Of a stretch of DNA of 64,000 nt, positions 48,621 to 57,472 are shown one piece after another. The translations under genes were made by a program, and so were the position numbers. Source of the stretch: Candidatus Levybacteria bacterium RIFCSPLOWO2_02_FULL_37_18 (GTDB lineage: Bacteria > Patescibacteriota > Microgenomatia > Levybacterales > UBA12049); NCBI GenBank assembly GCA_001784115.1, contig MFPD01000005.1, positions 7,074 to 71,073 on the forward strand, read 5' to 3'. Within the stretch, counting starts at the first letter, position 1. The number at the start of each line of letters is the position of its first letter. A model generated the notes under the pieces. That model made no database searches. It saw only the letters and a list, made by a program, of their open reading frames with translations, and was not told the origin of the DNA.

Positions 48621-48975
48621 TGCAAACTTAGGTTTAAAATCTGAGTACTCTTCCTTAACTTTCTTCAAAGCTTCGTTTCTGATAGCCTCATCAATATGGT
48701 GATTGCTGACTCTGTCTTTAAGCTGATGAATTAAAGCTTCATAACCTCTTTCCCTAACAGCTTTTTTGAGCCTTTTGATTTGTCTTAAAGACAGTTTTAA
48801 TGTTGTGGCTGCTTGGCCATTAGTAATCTTCCCTTGAAGTAAAGTTGTCATTACAGTAATCTTTTCCTGCTCTCTTGTAGTAGAAGACATAAAAACCCAT
48901 GGTAGGAATAATACTCCATCAGTGTGGGTATTTTAAGGTGACATTTCTAAATTGGTGGGGGTGACGTTTCTAAAT
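48590..48975 (-). mobile_element. ISNCY/IS1202-like element fragment (one end + transposase N-terminus)
   Basis: AATTLKLSLRQIKRLKK...G..ALIH...R.SNH...YSDFKPKFASEKL; repeated GGTGAC(A/G)TTTCTAAAT at 48937-48975. Confidence 0.75.
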
Positions 48976-49000
48976 AAAGATAAGAATAGATTTCCAGAAG

Positions 49001-49029
49001 TTGCCAACTTGCTTAGCGGATAGTATAAT
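49001..49029 (+). promoter_or_regulatory. Promoter of tRNA-Phe
   Basis: TTGCCA-17 bp-TATAAT. Confidence 0.7.
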
Positions 49030-49045
49030 AAAAAGCACATTAACT

Positions 49046-49118
49046 GCTGAGGTAGCCAAGGTGGTCAAGGCACCTGTCTGAAGAACAGGCTATGTCAGTT
49101 CGACTCTGACCCTCAGCA
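49046..49118 (+). tRNA. tRNA-Phe(GAA)
   Basis: Acceptor GCTGAGG/CCTCAGC; anticodon CCTGT-CTGAAGA-ACAGG; T-loop TTCGACT. Confidence 0.92.
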
Positions 49119-49149
49119 CCCTTCGATAATTCAGCATAAACTGTAAACT

Positions 49150-49821
49150 CTAAAACTTGTCTCCTCCAAAAATTAAATCCGTTGTAGTGCCGGTTACGCC
49201 GATTCCAACATGACTCCAGGCAGAATTGAGTTGGTTATCATTATGCGGTTTATCTCCAGCGTATACCCATTCAATTAAATGAACCCCTAATAATTGAAAG
49301 CCTATGCTTGAGTTTTCTCCAAGACTTCTAAATCCAAGTTTTTTATAGTTATTTTCGTCTTTAAGGTAATTATTAAACCCTTCGTGTTTGTCTGTGTTTC
49401 CATTTTTTGCAAAAAAATCACTCCTGCTTTGCGCATATTCAGCAAGAGTTTGATTCCATTCCAGCCTTCCTCTTCCGTTTCTTTCCCTATATACATTTAA
49501 GGCGTCGAGAATTTCCTGAGGAGTCCCCATTCTTTCGTCTTTACCTACTTTCATAGTCCAGGTATATTTGTCTAATTGTTTGGCAATTCCCCATGGCTCT
49601 GAGTCTTCTGAAAAGGTATTAATTTTAGGCTCGGGGCGGAGTTTTGGAGTTGGAATGAAAGTGGGTCGAGGGGATATAACTGGTTTAATAACTTGAATAG
49701 ATTTGTCTTGAACTTTTCGCGATAAAGATTGAATCCTGCTATTTATAAAAATATTTGCGTCGATGGTTAAAACAAGAAGAAATATTACTAAGATAAATTG
49801 GACGTTTTTCGAAAATCTCAT
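49150..49821 (-). CDS. Membrane-anchored CAP/SCP domain protein
   Basis: LNVYRERNG...L.WNQTLAEYAQSRS, LGEN, HNDNQL...WSHVGIG. Confidence 0.85.
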   Translation of the reverse strand: MRFSKNVQFILVIFLLVLTIDANIFINSRIQSLSRKVQDKSIQVIKPVISPRPTFIPTPKLRPEPKINTFSEDSEPWGIAKQLDKYTWTMKVGKDERMGTPQEILDALNVYRERNGRGRLEWNQTLAEYAQSRSDFFAKNGNTDKHEGFNNYLKDENNYKKLGFRSLGENSSIGFQLLGVHLIEWVYAGDKPHNDNQLNSAWSHVGIGVTGTTTDLIFGGDKF

Positions 49822-49822
49822 G

Positions 49823-49896
49823 TGGGCCCGAGAAGAGTCGAACTTCTGACCTTTGCAATGTCAATGCAACGCTCTAACCAACTGAGCTACGAGCCC
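49823..49896 (-). tRNA. tRNA-Val(GAC)
   Basis: Reverse strand GGGCTCG-TAGCTCAGTTGGTTAGAGCG-TTGCA-TTGACAT-TGCAA...TTCGACT...CGGGCCC-A. Confidence 0.93.
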
Positions 49897-49958
49897 TAGG
49901 CTTATATTCTACCAATGGTGTACTATTCTGTAAAGTCAAACCTGCTATAATTTAAACA

Positions 49959-50537
49959 ATGAATCGAAAACAAGCATACGAGCTTCTTATCAAATATCTA
50001 TATAATAAAAACTTATTAAAACATAGCTTGGCAGCGGAGGCTTCCATGAAAACAATCTACAAACATCTGCATGGTGAAGATCTTAATGAGATTGAACAGG
50101 AGAAATGGGGAATAGCAGGACTATTGCATGATATAGATTACCAGCTTGCCCAAGAAACAAATCAACTTGACAAACACGGACTTTTGATTTTTGAAAAAGA
50201 ACCTGGCGTGATTCCAGAAGATATTGCGCATGCAATAAGAACGCATAACTTCGAAAACACCAAAGAAACGCCTGTAACCGATATTGCCTGGGCAATAGCG
50301 TGCGCTGACCAATTAACAGGCTTTATTGTCGCAGCAGCCTTAGTTCATCCTGATAAAAAATTAGAGCCTTTAACTAGTGAATTTATTAAAAATCGAATGA
50401 AAGAAAAATCATTTGCCAAAGGCGCAAACAGAGAATCTATACTTTTATGCGAAGAAAAATTAGGTATTCCGCTTAATACATTTATCGAACTTATCCTTTC
50501 GTCAATGAAATCTATTAGCAACCAGCTAGAACTATGA
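49959..50537 (+). CDS. HD-domain hydrolase
   Basis: KHSLA.EA.M, GLLHDIDY, ADQLTGFI.A.ALV.P, KSFAKGANR. Confidence 0.9.
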   Translation: MNRKQAYELLIKYLYNKNLLKHSLAAEASMKTIYKHLHGEDLNEIEQEKWGIAGLLHDIDYQLAQETNQLDKHGLLIFEKEPGVIPEDIAHAIRTHNFENTKETPVTDIAWAIACADQLTGFIVAAALVHPDKKLEPLTSEFIKNRMKEKSFAKGANRESILLCEEKLGIPLNTFIELILSSMKSISNQLEL

Positions 50538-50718
50538 GCTCCGCAGGTGTAAGCGTATACCACCCCAAGGGTGTAATTCTCTAACACGAAAAACGGCTCA
50601 AAAGACTCGAGCAAACTAATCATGCAGGTTAAGAAGATATAAAGAACCGGTTGGAAATCAAAGGTGGCTTCAAAAAACTTCTCTTTATAAAAAGTCATCT
50701 ATCTGATATAGTTATGCT

Positions 50719-52503
50719 ATGGATAATGATAAAGAATATCTAAACAATCTAAGACACTCCTGCGCGCATTTACTTGCTGCAGCTGTTCGAAGTTTGTGGC
50801 CAGAGACAAAAAATGCCATTGGTCCGGCAATTGAGAATGGATTTTATCAGGATTTTGATCTGGGAGACGTAAAACTGCCTGAAACTGATTTTGAGAAAAT
50901 CGAAAGCAAAATGCATGAAATTGCTTCTTTATGGCATGAATTCGAGACTAAAGAAGTTTCAGCCGAACAAGCAAGAAAAGATTTTGCCTGGAATCCATAC
51001 AAACTTGAACTTATCGAAGAATTTGCAAGCGGTGGTAAAAAAATTATGGAAAATAACCCAGGTAATTTTCTTGACCTGTGCAAAGGAGGGCATACCGATA
51101 ATCTAAAAGAAGAACTCAAACACTTTAAATTACTTTCTGTTGCCGGAGCATATTGGAGGGGAAACGAAAAAAATAAAATGCTTACACGAATTTATGGTAC
51201 TGCTTTTGCGACAAAAGAAGCATTAGATGAGCATTTGCACATGCTTGAAGAAGCAAAAAAAAGAGACCATAGAAAAATTGGCAAAGAGCTTGGGCTTTTT
51301 GTGTTTTCTGATTTGGTTGGTCCCGGACTTCCGCTATTTACCCCGAAAGGCTCAACCATTCGACGCATACTGGAGAGATTTATCGTGGATGAAGAACTTA
51401 AAAGAGGATATATGCACGTATATACGCCTCCTCTTGCAAAAACCGATTTATATAAAACGTCCGGCCATTACCCGTATTACAAAGATACAATGTACCCGCA
51501 CATGCAAGTTGATGAAGACGAGCTTATTTTGCGTCCTATGACGTGTCCACATCACTTTATGCTGTATAAATCAACTCCTCACAGTTATAAAGAACTTCCT
51601 GTCAGACTTGCAGAAATTTCTCCTCAATTTCGGTATGAAAAAAGCGGTGAGCTAACAGGGCTTATGCGGGTGAGAATGTTTACGCTTTCGGACGCACACA
51701 TTATAGCCCGGCCCGATCAGGCAGAAGAAGAAATAAACAATGTTTTAGATTTAATTGAGTCTGTAAATAGCAAGTTTGGGCTTGTGAAGGGAAAAGATTA
51801 TAAATATCGTCTTTCTTTGGGAGACAGAAACGACGAAAAAAAATATTATAAAGATGATGCTTTGTGGAATAAAGCAGAAGATATTTTAAGAAAAGTCTTA
51901 ACCAAGCGTAGCGCTCCCTTTTATGAAGCAGAGGCAGAAGCTGCATTTTATGGCCCAAAAATTGACGTGCAAATGAAGAATGTATCGGGTAAAGAAGAAA
52001 CCGCGTGTACCGTCCAATATGACTTCGTTATGCCAAAGCGTTTTAACTTAACATATATTGACTCAGATGGCAAAGAAAAGGAACCGATTGTAATTCACCG
52101 AGCATCAATTGGTGCAATAGAGCGCACCATGGCATTTTTAATAGAAAAGTTTGGGGGGGCATTGCCCCTTTGGCTTTCGCCTGTTCAAATAGTATTGATT
52201 CCTATAGCTGACCGGCATATTCAACATGTCCATACTGTAAACAATACACTCATAACTAATAACATCCGATCATCTATTGATGATCGTTCTGAGGGCATGC
52301 AAGCTAAAATTCGCGATGCTACTTTACAAAAAGTGCCTTATATGGGTATAATAGGAGATAAGGAAGTTGAAAGTTCGAAGTTGAAAGTTCAAAGTGACGA
52401 ACCAATGATTTCCGTAAGAACCAGGGATGGAAAAGACCACGGACGTGTAAAACTGTCCGATTTTATTAAACAGGTTCAAGACGAAATTGATAAAAAAACA
52501 TAA
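50719..52503 (+). CDS. thrS: Threonine--tRNA ligase (no TGS domain)
   Basis: RHSCAHLLA, DLCKGGH, GAYWRG, RPMTCPHH, FRYEKSGEL.GL.RVR, AFYGPKID. Confidence 0.98.
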   Translation: MDNDKEYLNNLRHSCAHLLAAAVRSLWPETKNAIGPAIENGFYQDFDLGDVKLPETDFEKIESKMHEIASLWHEFETKEVSAEQARKDFAWNPYKLELIEEFASGGKKIMENNPGNFLDLCKGGHTDNLKEELKHFKLLSVAGAYWRGNEKNKMLTRIYGTAFATKEALDEHLHMLEEAKKRDHRKIGKELGLFVFSDLVGPGLPLFTPKGSTIRRILERFIVDEELKRGYMHVYTPPLAKTDLYKTSGHYPYYKDTMYPHMQVDEDELILRPMTCPHHFMLYKSTPHSYKELPVRLAEISPQFRYEKSGELTGLMRVRMFTLSDAHIIARPDQAEEEINNVLDLIESVNSKFGLVKGKDYKYRLSLGDRNDEKKYYKDDALWNKAEDILRKVLTKRSAPFYEAEAEAAFYGPKIDVQMKNVSGKEETACTVQYDFVMPKRFNLTYIDSDGKEKEPIVIHRASIGAIERTMAFLIEKFGGALPLWLSPVQIVLIPIADRHIQHVHTVNNTLITNNIRSSIDDRSEGMQAKIRDATLQKVPYMGIIGDKEVESSKLKVQSDEPMISVRTRDGKDHGRVKLSDFIKQVQDEIDKKT

Positions 52504-53083
52504 GAAAAGACAAGAACACAGAAGATTTTACCGGGTAAACGAGCGCATTTTTGCTAATCAGCTTCGTGTATTAGGAAGCGATGGCAAGCAAATTGGAATA
52601 CTTTCAAAGTATGAAGCGCTACAAAAAGCCCGACAAGAAGAACTTGATTTGGTCGAGGTGGCACCAACAGCTAAACCGCCGGTTGCAAAAATTATTGATT
52701 TCAAAAAATTCCTGTACCAAGAGGAAAAAAAGAAAAAGGAAGAAAAGAAAAAGGCAAAAGTTTCCGAGACAAAAGAAGTACGTCTTGGACCGTTTATGGA
52801 TGATCATGACTTACAAGTCATGATACGACGAGGAAGAGAATTTTTAGAAGACGGAAATAAAGTAAAGCTCGTTTTAAAATTTATCGGAAGACAAATAGCA
52901 CACCCTGAATTTGGTCAAGAAATAGTCAAAAAAGTAATAACAGATCTTTCGGACATTTCCAAAGTAGATAGAGTTGCCCATTTTGAAGGAAAACAACTCA
53001 TCGCTCTTCTGTCGCCGGAAAGGAAAAAACAATATGTTTACGGCAAAGTTGAAAACCAAAAAGTCAGCACTCAAACGGTTTAA
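52487..53083 (+). CDS. infC: Translation initiation factor IF-3 (non-AUG start, exact start uncertain)
   Basis: RVNERI, DLVEVAP.AKPPVAKIIDF.KF, KEVRL. Confidence 0.93.
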   Translation: MIKKHKKRQEHRRFYRVNERIFANQLRVLGSDGKQIGILSKYEALQKARQEELDLVEVAPTAKPPVAKIIDFKKFLYQEEKKKKEEKKKAKVSETKEVRLGPFMDDHDLQVMIRRGREFLEDGNKVKLVLKFIGRQIAHPEFGQEIVKKVITDLSDISKVDRVAHFEGKQLIALLSPERKKQYVYGKVENQKVSTQTV

Positions 53084-53237
53084 AGTTACCAAAACAGGTA
53101 AGGTTATTTTTAGGGGGCAATACCAAGGACATTTAATGCGTAAAAAATCTTCCAGGCGCAAGAGGAGACTTGCCGAACCACGCGTTTTACAAGGAACATT
53201 TGCCAAAAAAATCAAGAAAATACTTAACTTAAGTTAA
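53034..53237 (+). CDS. rpmI: 50S ribosomal protein L35
   Basis: KLKTKKSALKRFKVTKTGKV...HLMRKKS. Confidence 0.92.
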   Translation: MFTAKLKTKKSALKRFKVTKTGKVIFRGQYQGHLMRKKSSRRKRRLAEPRVLQGTFAKKIKKILNLS

Positions 53238-53345
53238 GTATTTTCGCAGTCCTAAACTTGATTCAGAATCCTAGATGCTGAATCAAGTTTAGCATGATAT
53301 TATTTTAAACTGTAATTTTGAATTTTGATTTTTTAATTTTATAGT

Positions 53346-53696
53346 ATGGCTAGAGTAAAAAGAGGAATAGTTTCCAGACGAAAACATAAAAAGTTACTCT
53401 CTAAAACTAAAGGCTATCGAGGCACAAAAAACCGGCTTGTCAAAGTGGCAAAAGAAGCCTCTCTCCACGCCGGAGCGTATGCTTTTCATGGCAGAAAACT
53501 AAGAAAACGAGATTTTAGGAGTCTTTGGATCACCCGAATCGGAGAAGCAGTACAAAAAGAAGGACTTTCATATTCCGTATTTATGAACAAGCTTAAAAAA
53601 GCAAATATTATGCTTGATCGAAAAATGCTTAATGAATTGTTATCCGAAGATCCTGCTTCCTTTAAAGGGATAGTCAAAAGTGTCAGTAAAAATTAA
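53346..53696 (+). CDS. rplT: 50S ribosomal protein L20
   Basis: MARVKRG...KGYRG...RKRDFRSLWITRI...LDRKML. Confidence 0.97.
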   Translation: MARVKRGIVSRRKHKKLLSKTKGYRGTKNRLVKVAKEASLHAGAYAFHGRKLRKRDFRSLWITRIGEAVQKEGLSYSVFMNKLKKANIMLDRKMLNELLSEDPASFKGIVKSVSKN

Positions 53697-53763
53697 TTTT
53701 CCTCAATTTTAACTCAATCTCGAATCTCTCATCATTTTATGCTATTCTTACAGTATACGAACG

Positions 53764-53833
53764 TGTCATCCTGAATTTATTTCAGGATATCGTTCTTCAA
53801 GGATTAAGATTCCGAAACAAGTTCGGAATGACA
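53764..53833. repeat. REP-like palindrome (related copies 53247-53298, 61066-61094, 62789-62843)
   Basis: tgtcatcctgaatttatttcagg...ccgaaacaagttcggaatgaca. Confidence 0.8.
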
Positions 53834-53846
53834 AAAGAAAACTTTT

Positions 53847-54881
53847 ATGGAAGAAGCGCTTATAAATATTAAAAATACTGCCCTTTCTTTTATACTGGAA
53901 ACCGACGATCCTAAAAATCTTGAGGAAATTAAACTGCAGTTTTTAGGCAGAGGAGGTAAATTGACCCTTGCAATAAAAGAAATAACAAGACTTCCCCAAG
54001 AAAAAAGAAGAGAAGTAGGAATGCTTGCCAATGAGGTTAAACAGACAATAGAAAATACAATCTCAGAGCGCTTGCAAAAGTTAACCCAAAAAAAACATAT
54101 AAGCCTTTCAAAAAAACTTGACGTAACAAATCCTGGTGCAAAACCTCCTTTGGGCCATTTACATTTAGTTACCCAAGCCATCGAAGAAATAACCTACATT
54201 TTTGAGCATATTGGGTTTAGTCGCGTTAGATATCCTGAGATCGAATGGGATTATTATGCCTTTACGGCGCTTAATTTCCCAAAAGACCACCCGGCCCGCG
54301 ACGATTGGGAAACTTTTTTTATAAAAGAAGAAACAAACCCTAAGATGGGAGAGATACTATTAACGCCTCATACCTCCTCAGGACAAGTCAGGGAAATGCA
54401 AAAAAAACAATTGCCCATAAAAATGCTTAATATTGCCAAATGTTATAGAAGACAATCCGACGTATCCCACACACCTATGTTTCATCAATTTGAAGGATTA
54501 GTAATGGGAAAAGATATTTCTATTTCACATTTGAAAGGAACATTAGACTATTTTGTCAAATCTTATTTTGGAGAAAAACGCCAGTTCCGTATTAGACCGT
54601 ATCATTTTCAGTTTACAGAACCATCATTTGAGGTTGATGTAACGTGTGGCGTTTGTCTTGGAAAAGGGTGTAAGCTTTGTAAAGCTGGATGGTTGGAAAT
54701 GGGAGGAGCAGGAATGGTTCATCCAAACGTTTTAAAATTTGGAGGAATTGATTCCAAGGAATTCACCGGATTTGCATTCGGTTGGGGAGTTGAAAGAGTA
54801 CTTATGATGAAAGAAGGAATTGAAATAGATGACTTACGATTACTGTATTCAAATAAACTTGAATTTTTAGAACAATTCTAA
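53847..54881 (+). CDS. pheS: Phenylalanine--tRNA ligase alpha subunit
   Basis: HPARD..ETFF, HTS..Q.R, H.PMFHQFEG, FQFTEPS.EVD, GFAFGWG.ER. Confidence 0.97.
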   Translation: MEEALINIKNTALSFILETDDPKNLEEIKLQFLGRGGKLTLAIKEITRLPQEKRREVGMLANEVKQTIENTISERLQKLTQKKHISLSKKLDVTNPGAKPPLGHLHLVTQAIEEITYIFEHIGFSRVRYPEIEWDYYAFTALNFPKDHPARDDWETFFIKEETNPKMGEILLTPHTSSGQVREMQKKQLPIKMLNIAKCYRRQSDVSHTPMFHQFEGLVMGKDISISHLKGTLDYFVKSYFGEKRQFRIRPYHFQFTEPSFEVDVTCGVCLGKGCKLCKAGWLEMGGAGMVHPNVLKFGGIDSKEFTGFAFGWGVERVLMMKEGIEIDDLRLLYSNKLEFLEQF

Positions 54882-54884
54882 GCT

Positions 54885-56837
54885 ATGAATATAAAAATAT
54901 TAGACAGCTGGTTACGCGAATTTTTACAAGCAAAAGCAACTCCAAAACAAATTTCTCAAAATTTGTCTCTAACAAGTGTTTCCATTGAAAGAATACAAGC
55001 GTATAAAAAAGATTTTATATATGATATTGAGGTCACAACCAATAGACCTGATCTTGCGAGTGTTAGTGGAATTGCAAGAGAAGCTTCTGCTGTTTTACCT
55101 CAATTCGGTATTGATGCGAAATATACCCCTCCTTCTTTGTCAAAACCTAAAGACATAAAAGAGAAAACAAAAGTTACTATTGTTAATGATAAAACTATTG
55201 TAAATAGAGTATGCGCAGTCGCAATGGAAGTAACCGTAAAACCGCCTCCTGATAAAATTACGGAAAGGCTCCTTACTTCAGACATTAGGAGTCTAAACAA
55301 TCTCATCGATATAACAAACTATGTTATGAGAACCATCGGACATCCGACGCATGTATTTGATCTTGATAAAATCGGCAAACAAACAGTTATTATCAGACCA
55401 TCTAAAAAAGGGGAGAAAATTAAAACTCTGGATAAAAAAGAGTACATTCTGCCCGGAGGGGATATTATTGCAGAAGACGGAAATGGAGAAATTATTGATC
55501 TTCTGGGAATTATGGGACTTGCCAACAGTGTGGTTTCGGAAAGTACGAAAAGAATTTTATTTTTTCTTGACAATAATAACCCCAGTCATCTTAGAAAAAC
55601 GTCTATGACTCTTGGCATTCGCTCGGACGCTGTTGCCTTAAATGAAAAAGGAGTAGACCCCGAGCTTGCCATGGATGCGTTTTTATTCGGTATTGATCTG
55701 TATAAAAAATTTGCTGATGCAAAAATAATTTCTGAAATTATTGACATTTATCCAAATAAACCAAGATTAAAAACAATCTCTGTTTCAAAAGAAAAAATTG
55801 ATGCTGTTATTGGAATTCCCGTCTCTCTAAAAACTTCTTTAGAAATTTTAGGCAATCTTGGTTTTAAAACAAAAACAAGTGGAAAAAATATATTTGTTAT
55901 CGTTCCATCATATAGAGAAAAAGACATTGCTATAGAGGAGGACCTTATTGAAGAAATTGCAAGAGTGTATGGATACCATAATATTCCGTCGGTTCTTCCG
56001 AAAATTTCGGTTCCCAAAACTCCCGCACTTGAAAAAAATGAATTTTTTTGGGAACGCCGTTTTAAAGAAGCATTAAAATACTGGGGATTTACAGAAACAT
56101 ATACGTATTCTATGGTTTCTGAGGATTTATACGAAGGTCCAATTGAGCAAGCGGTCACGATTAAAAATCCGCTTTCAACCGATTGGATATATATGAGAAA
56201 AACCCTTGTTCCCAGTTTACTCTCTGTTTTAAAAGAAAATTCAAATAGAGATGAGGTAAAATTATTCGAACTGGCAAATGTCTATACGAAAAAGGAACAT
56301 GACCTCCCTAAAGAGACGCTAAGCTTAGCTGGCGTAATTAGAAAACCTTCACTTTCTTTTTTTGAAGTAAAAGGAATAATTGAACAATTACTTCACAACG
56401 CAGGTATTGATAATCTTTCATTTAAAAAAAGTGACTCCGTGCCTGGTGCTGATATTTTGATAGGTACAGCACATACCGGATCAATAGAAGTGCTGGATGA
56501 TGAGGTTGTTAATTTTGAACTTAACTTTGAAGAAATAGTAACACATGCAACGCTCAAAAAAATCTATAAACCGATTTATAAATACCCGCCAGTTATAGAG
56601 GATATTGCAATTATTATCTCGGAAGATGTCCCAACAAACGAAATCAGAGAAGAGATCCTAAAACAAAGTAGTCTTATTGAAGATGTAAGTTTACTTGATA
56701 CTTTCGAGAATACACGCACATTTCACATTCTATACCAAAATCCGGAAAAAAATTTAACGTCAAAGGATATCGAACCGATTAGGACAAAGATTCTTGCGGC
56801 TCTTACAGAAAAATTCGGAGCGAAATTAAAGGAATAA
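54885..56837 (+). CDS. pheT: Phenylalanine--tRNA ligase beta subunit (short, lacks B2 OB domain)
   Basis: EVTTNRPD, IDITNYVM...GHP.H.FD, DLIEEIARVYGY, NPLS....MR.TL.P.LL. Confidence 0.95.
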   Translation: MNIKILDSWLREFLQAKATPKQISQNLSLTSVSIERIQAYKKDFIYDIEVTTNRPDLASVSGIAREASAVLPQFGIDAKYTPPSLSKPKDIKEKTKVTIVNDKTIVNRVCAVAMEVTVKPPPDKITERLLTSDIRSLNNLIDITNYVMRTIGHPTHVFDLDKIGKQTVIIRPSKKGEKIKTLDKKEYILPGGDIIAEDGNGEIIDLLGIMGLANSVVSESTKRILFFLDNNNPSHLRKTSMTLGIRSDAVALNEKGVDPELAMDAFLFGIDLYKKFADAKIISEIIDIYPNKPRLKTISVSKEKIDAVIGIPVSLKTSLEILGNLGFKTKTSGKNIFVIVPSYREKDIAIEEDLIEEIARVYGYHNIPSVLPKISVPKTPALEKNEFFWERRFKEALKYWGFTETYTYSMVSEDLYEGPIEQAVTIKNPLSTDWIYMRKTLVPSLLSVLKENSNRDEVKLFELANVYTKKEHDLPKETLSLAGVIRKPSLSFFEVKGIIEQLLHNAGIDNLSFKKSDSVPGADILIGTAHTGSIEVLDDEVVNFELNFEEIVTHATLKKIYKPIYKYPPVIEDIAIIISEDVPTNEIREEILKQSSLIEDVSLLDTFENTRTFHILYQNPEKNLTSKDIEPIRTKILAALTEKFGAKLKE

Positions 56838-56839
56838 TT

Positions 56840-57163
56840 ATGCATACTGCCTACCTTGTTTTAATTTCGATTCTTTTTGCAATTACCATAATCGTTGACC
56901 GATTCTACGCAAAAGTTTCAAACCGTTATCTCTCTAAACTTTTCATAGCAATTCTATTTAATTTCAGCATCTTTTTCTTTCTGGTATATGTTGGCATCCA
57001 CATGAATATTTGGTATTACAACAACCAAGGAATATTGGGAATGTATTATCTTTCGATTCCGTTTGAAGAATATCTGTATATGATATTTGCTCCCTACTCC
57101 TCAATTGTATTATGGGAAAGCTTTCATAAAACAATAAAAAGAAACGTTAAGAAAAAAAGATAA
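56840..57163 (+). CDS. Lycopene cyclase domain-like membrane protein
   Basis: 3 TMs, W.YN...ILG....IPFEEYLY motif. Confidence 0.6.
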   Translation: MHTAYLVLISILFAITIIVDRFYAKVSNRYLSKLFIAILFNFSIFFFLVYVGIHMNIWYYNNQGILGMYYLSIPFEEYLYMIFAPYSSIVLWESFHKTIKRNVKKKR

Positions 57164-57165
57164 TT

Positions 57166-57465
57166 ATGAATTTTACATTTTTCTTCTACCTTTTATTTTT
57201 TCTGCCTTTGTTAATCTTTTTTGTATGGGTCACAAAAGAAAAAGTTTTAAAAGATGAACCAATATTTTGGGAATATACGGCAGGCATAGTTTTTCTACTT
57301 ATTATCCTTGGAGACATTGCCATAAATACTCAACAATGGTTTTGGACACGATCATCAACAATGGGAATATATATTGGCAATCACCCAATTGAAGCTATTA
57401 TTCAAGCATCTATTACTCCTCTATTTATCATCTCCGTTTGGGAATTCATAAAAAGGCAAAAATAA
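57166..57465 (+). CDS. Lycopene cyclase domain-like membrane protein (paralogue)
   Basis: 3 TMs, D.AI..QQWFW...MGIYIG..PIE motif. Confidence 0.55.
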   Translation: MNFTFFFYLLFFLPLLIFFVWVTKEKVLKDEPIFWEYTAGIVFLLIILGDIAINTQQWFWTRSSTMGIYIGNHPIEAIIQASITPLFIISVWEFIKRQK

Positions 57466-57472
57466 TAATTCC

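Noticed and set aside
50538-50700. T-box or 6S RNA upstream of thrS
   Set aside because: Only a partial aaggtgg match with no antiterminator or long stem; contains a coding-like relic (HEKRLKRLEQ), and thrS appears to have its own proximal -10
53034-53083. infC/rpmI 50-nt overlap as programmed frameshift
   Set aside because: A simple stop-codon shift or a one-base error in the A-run explains it; no further support
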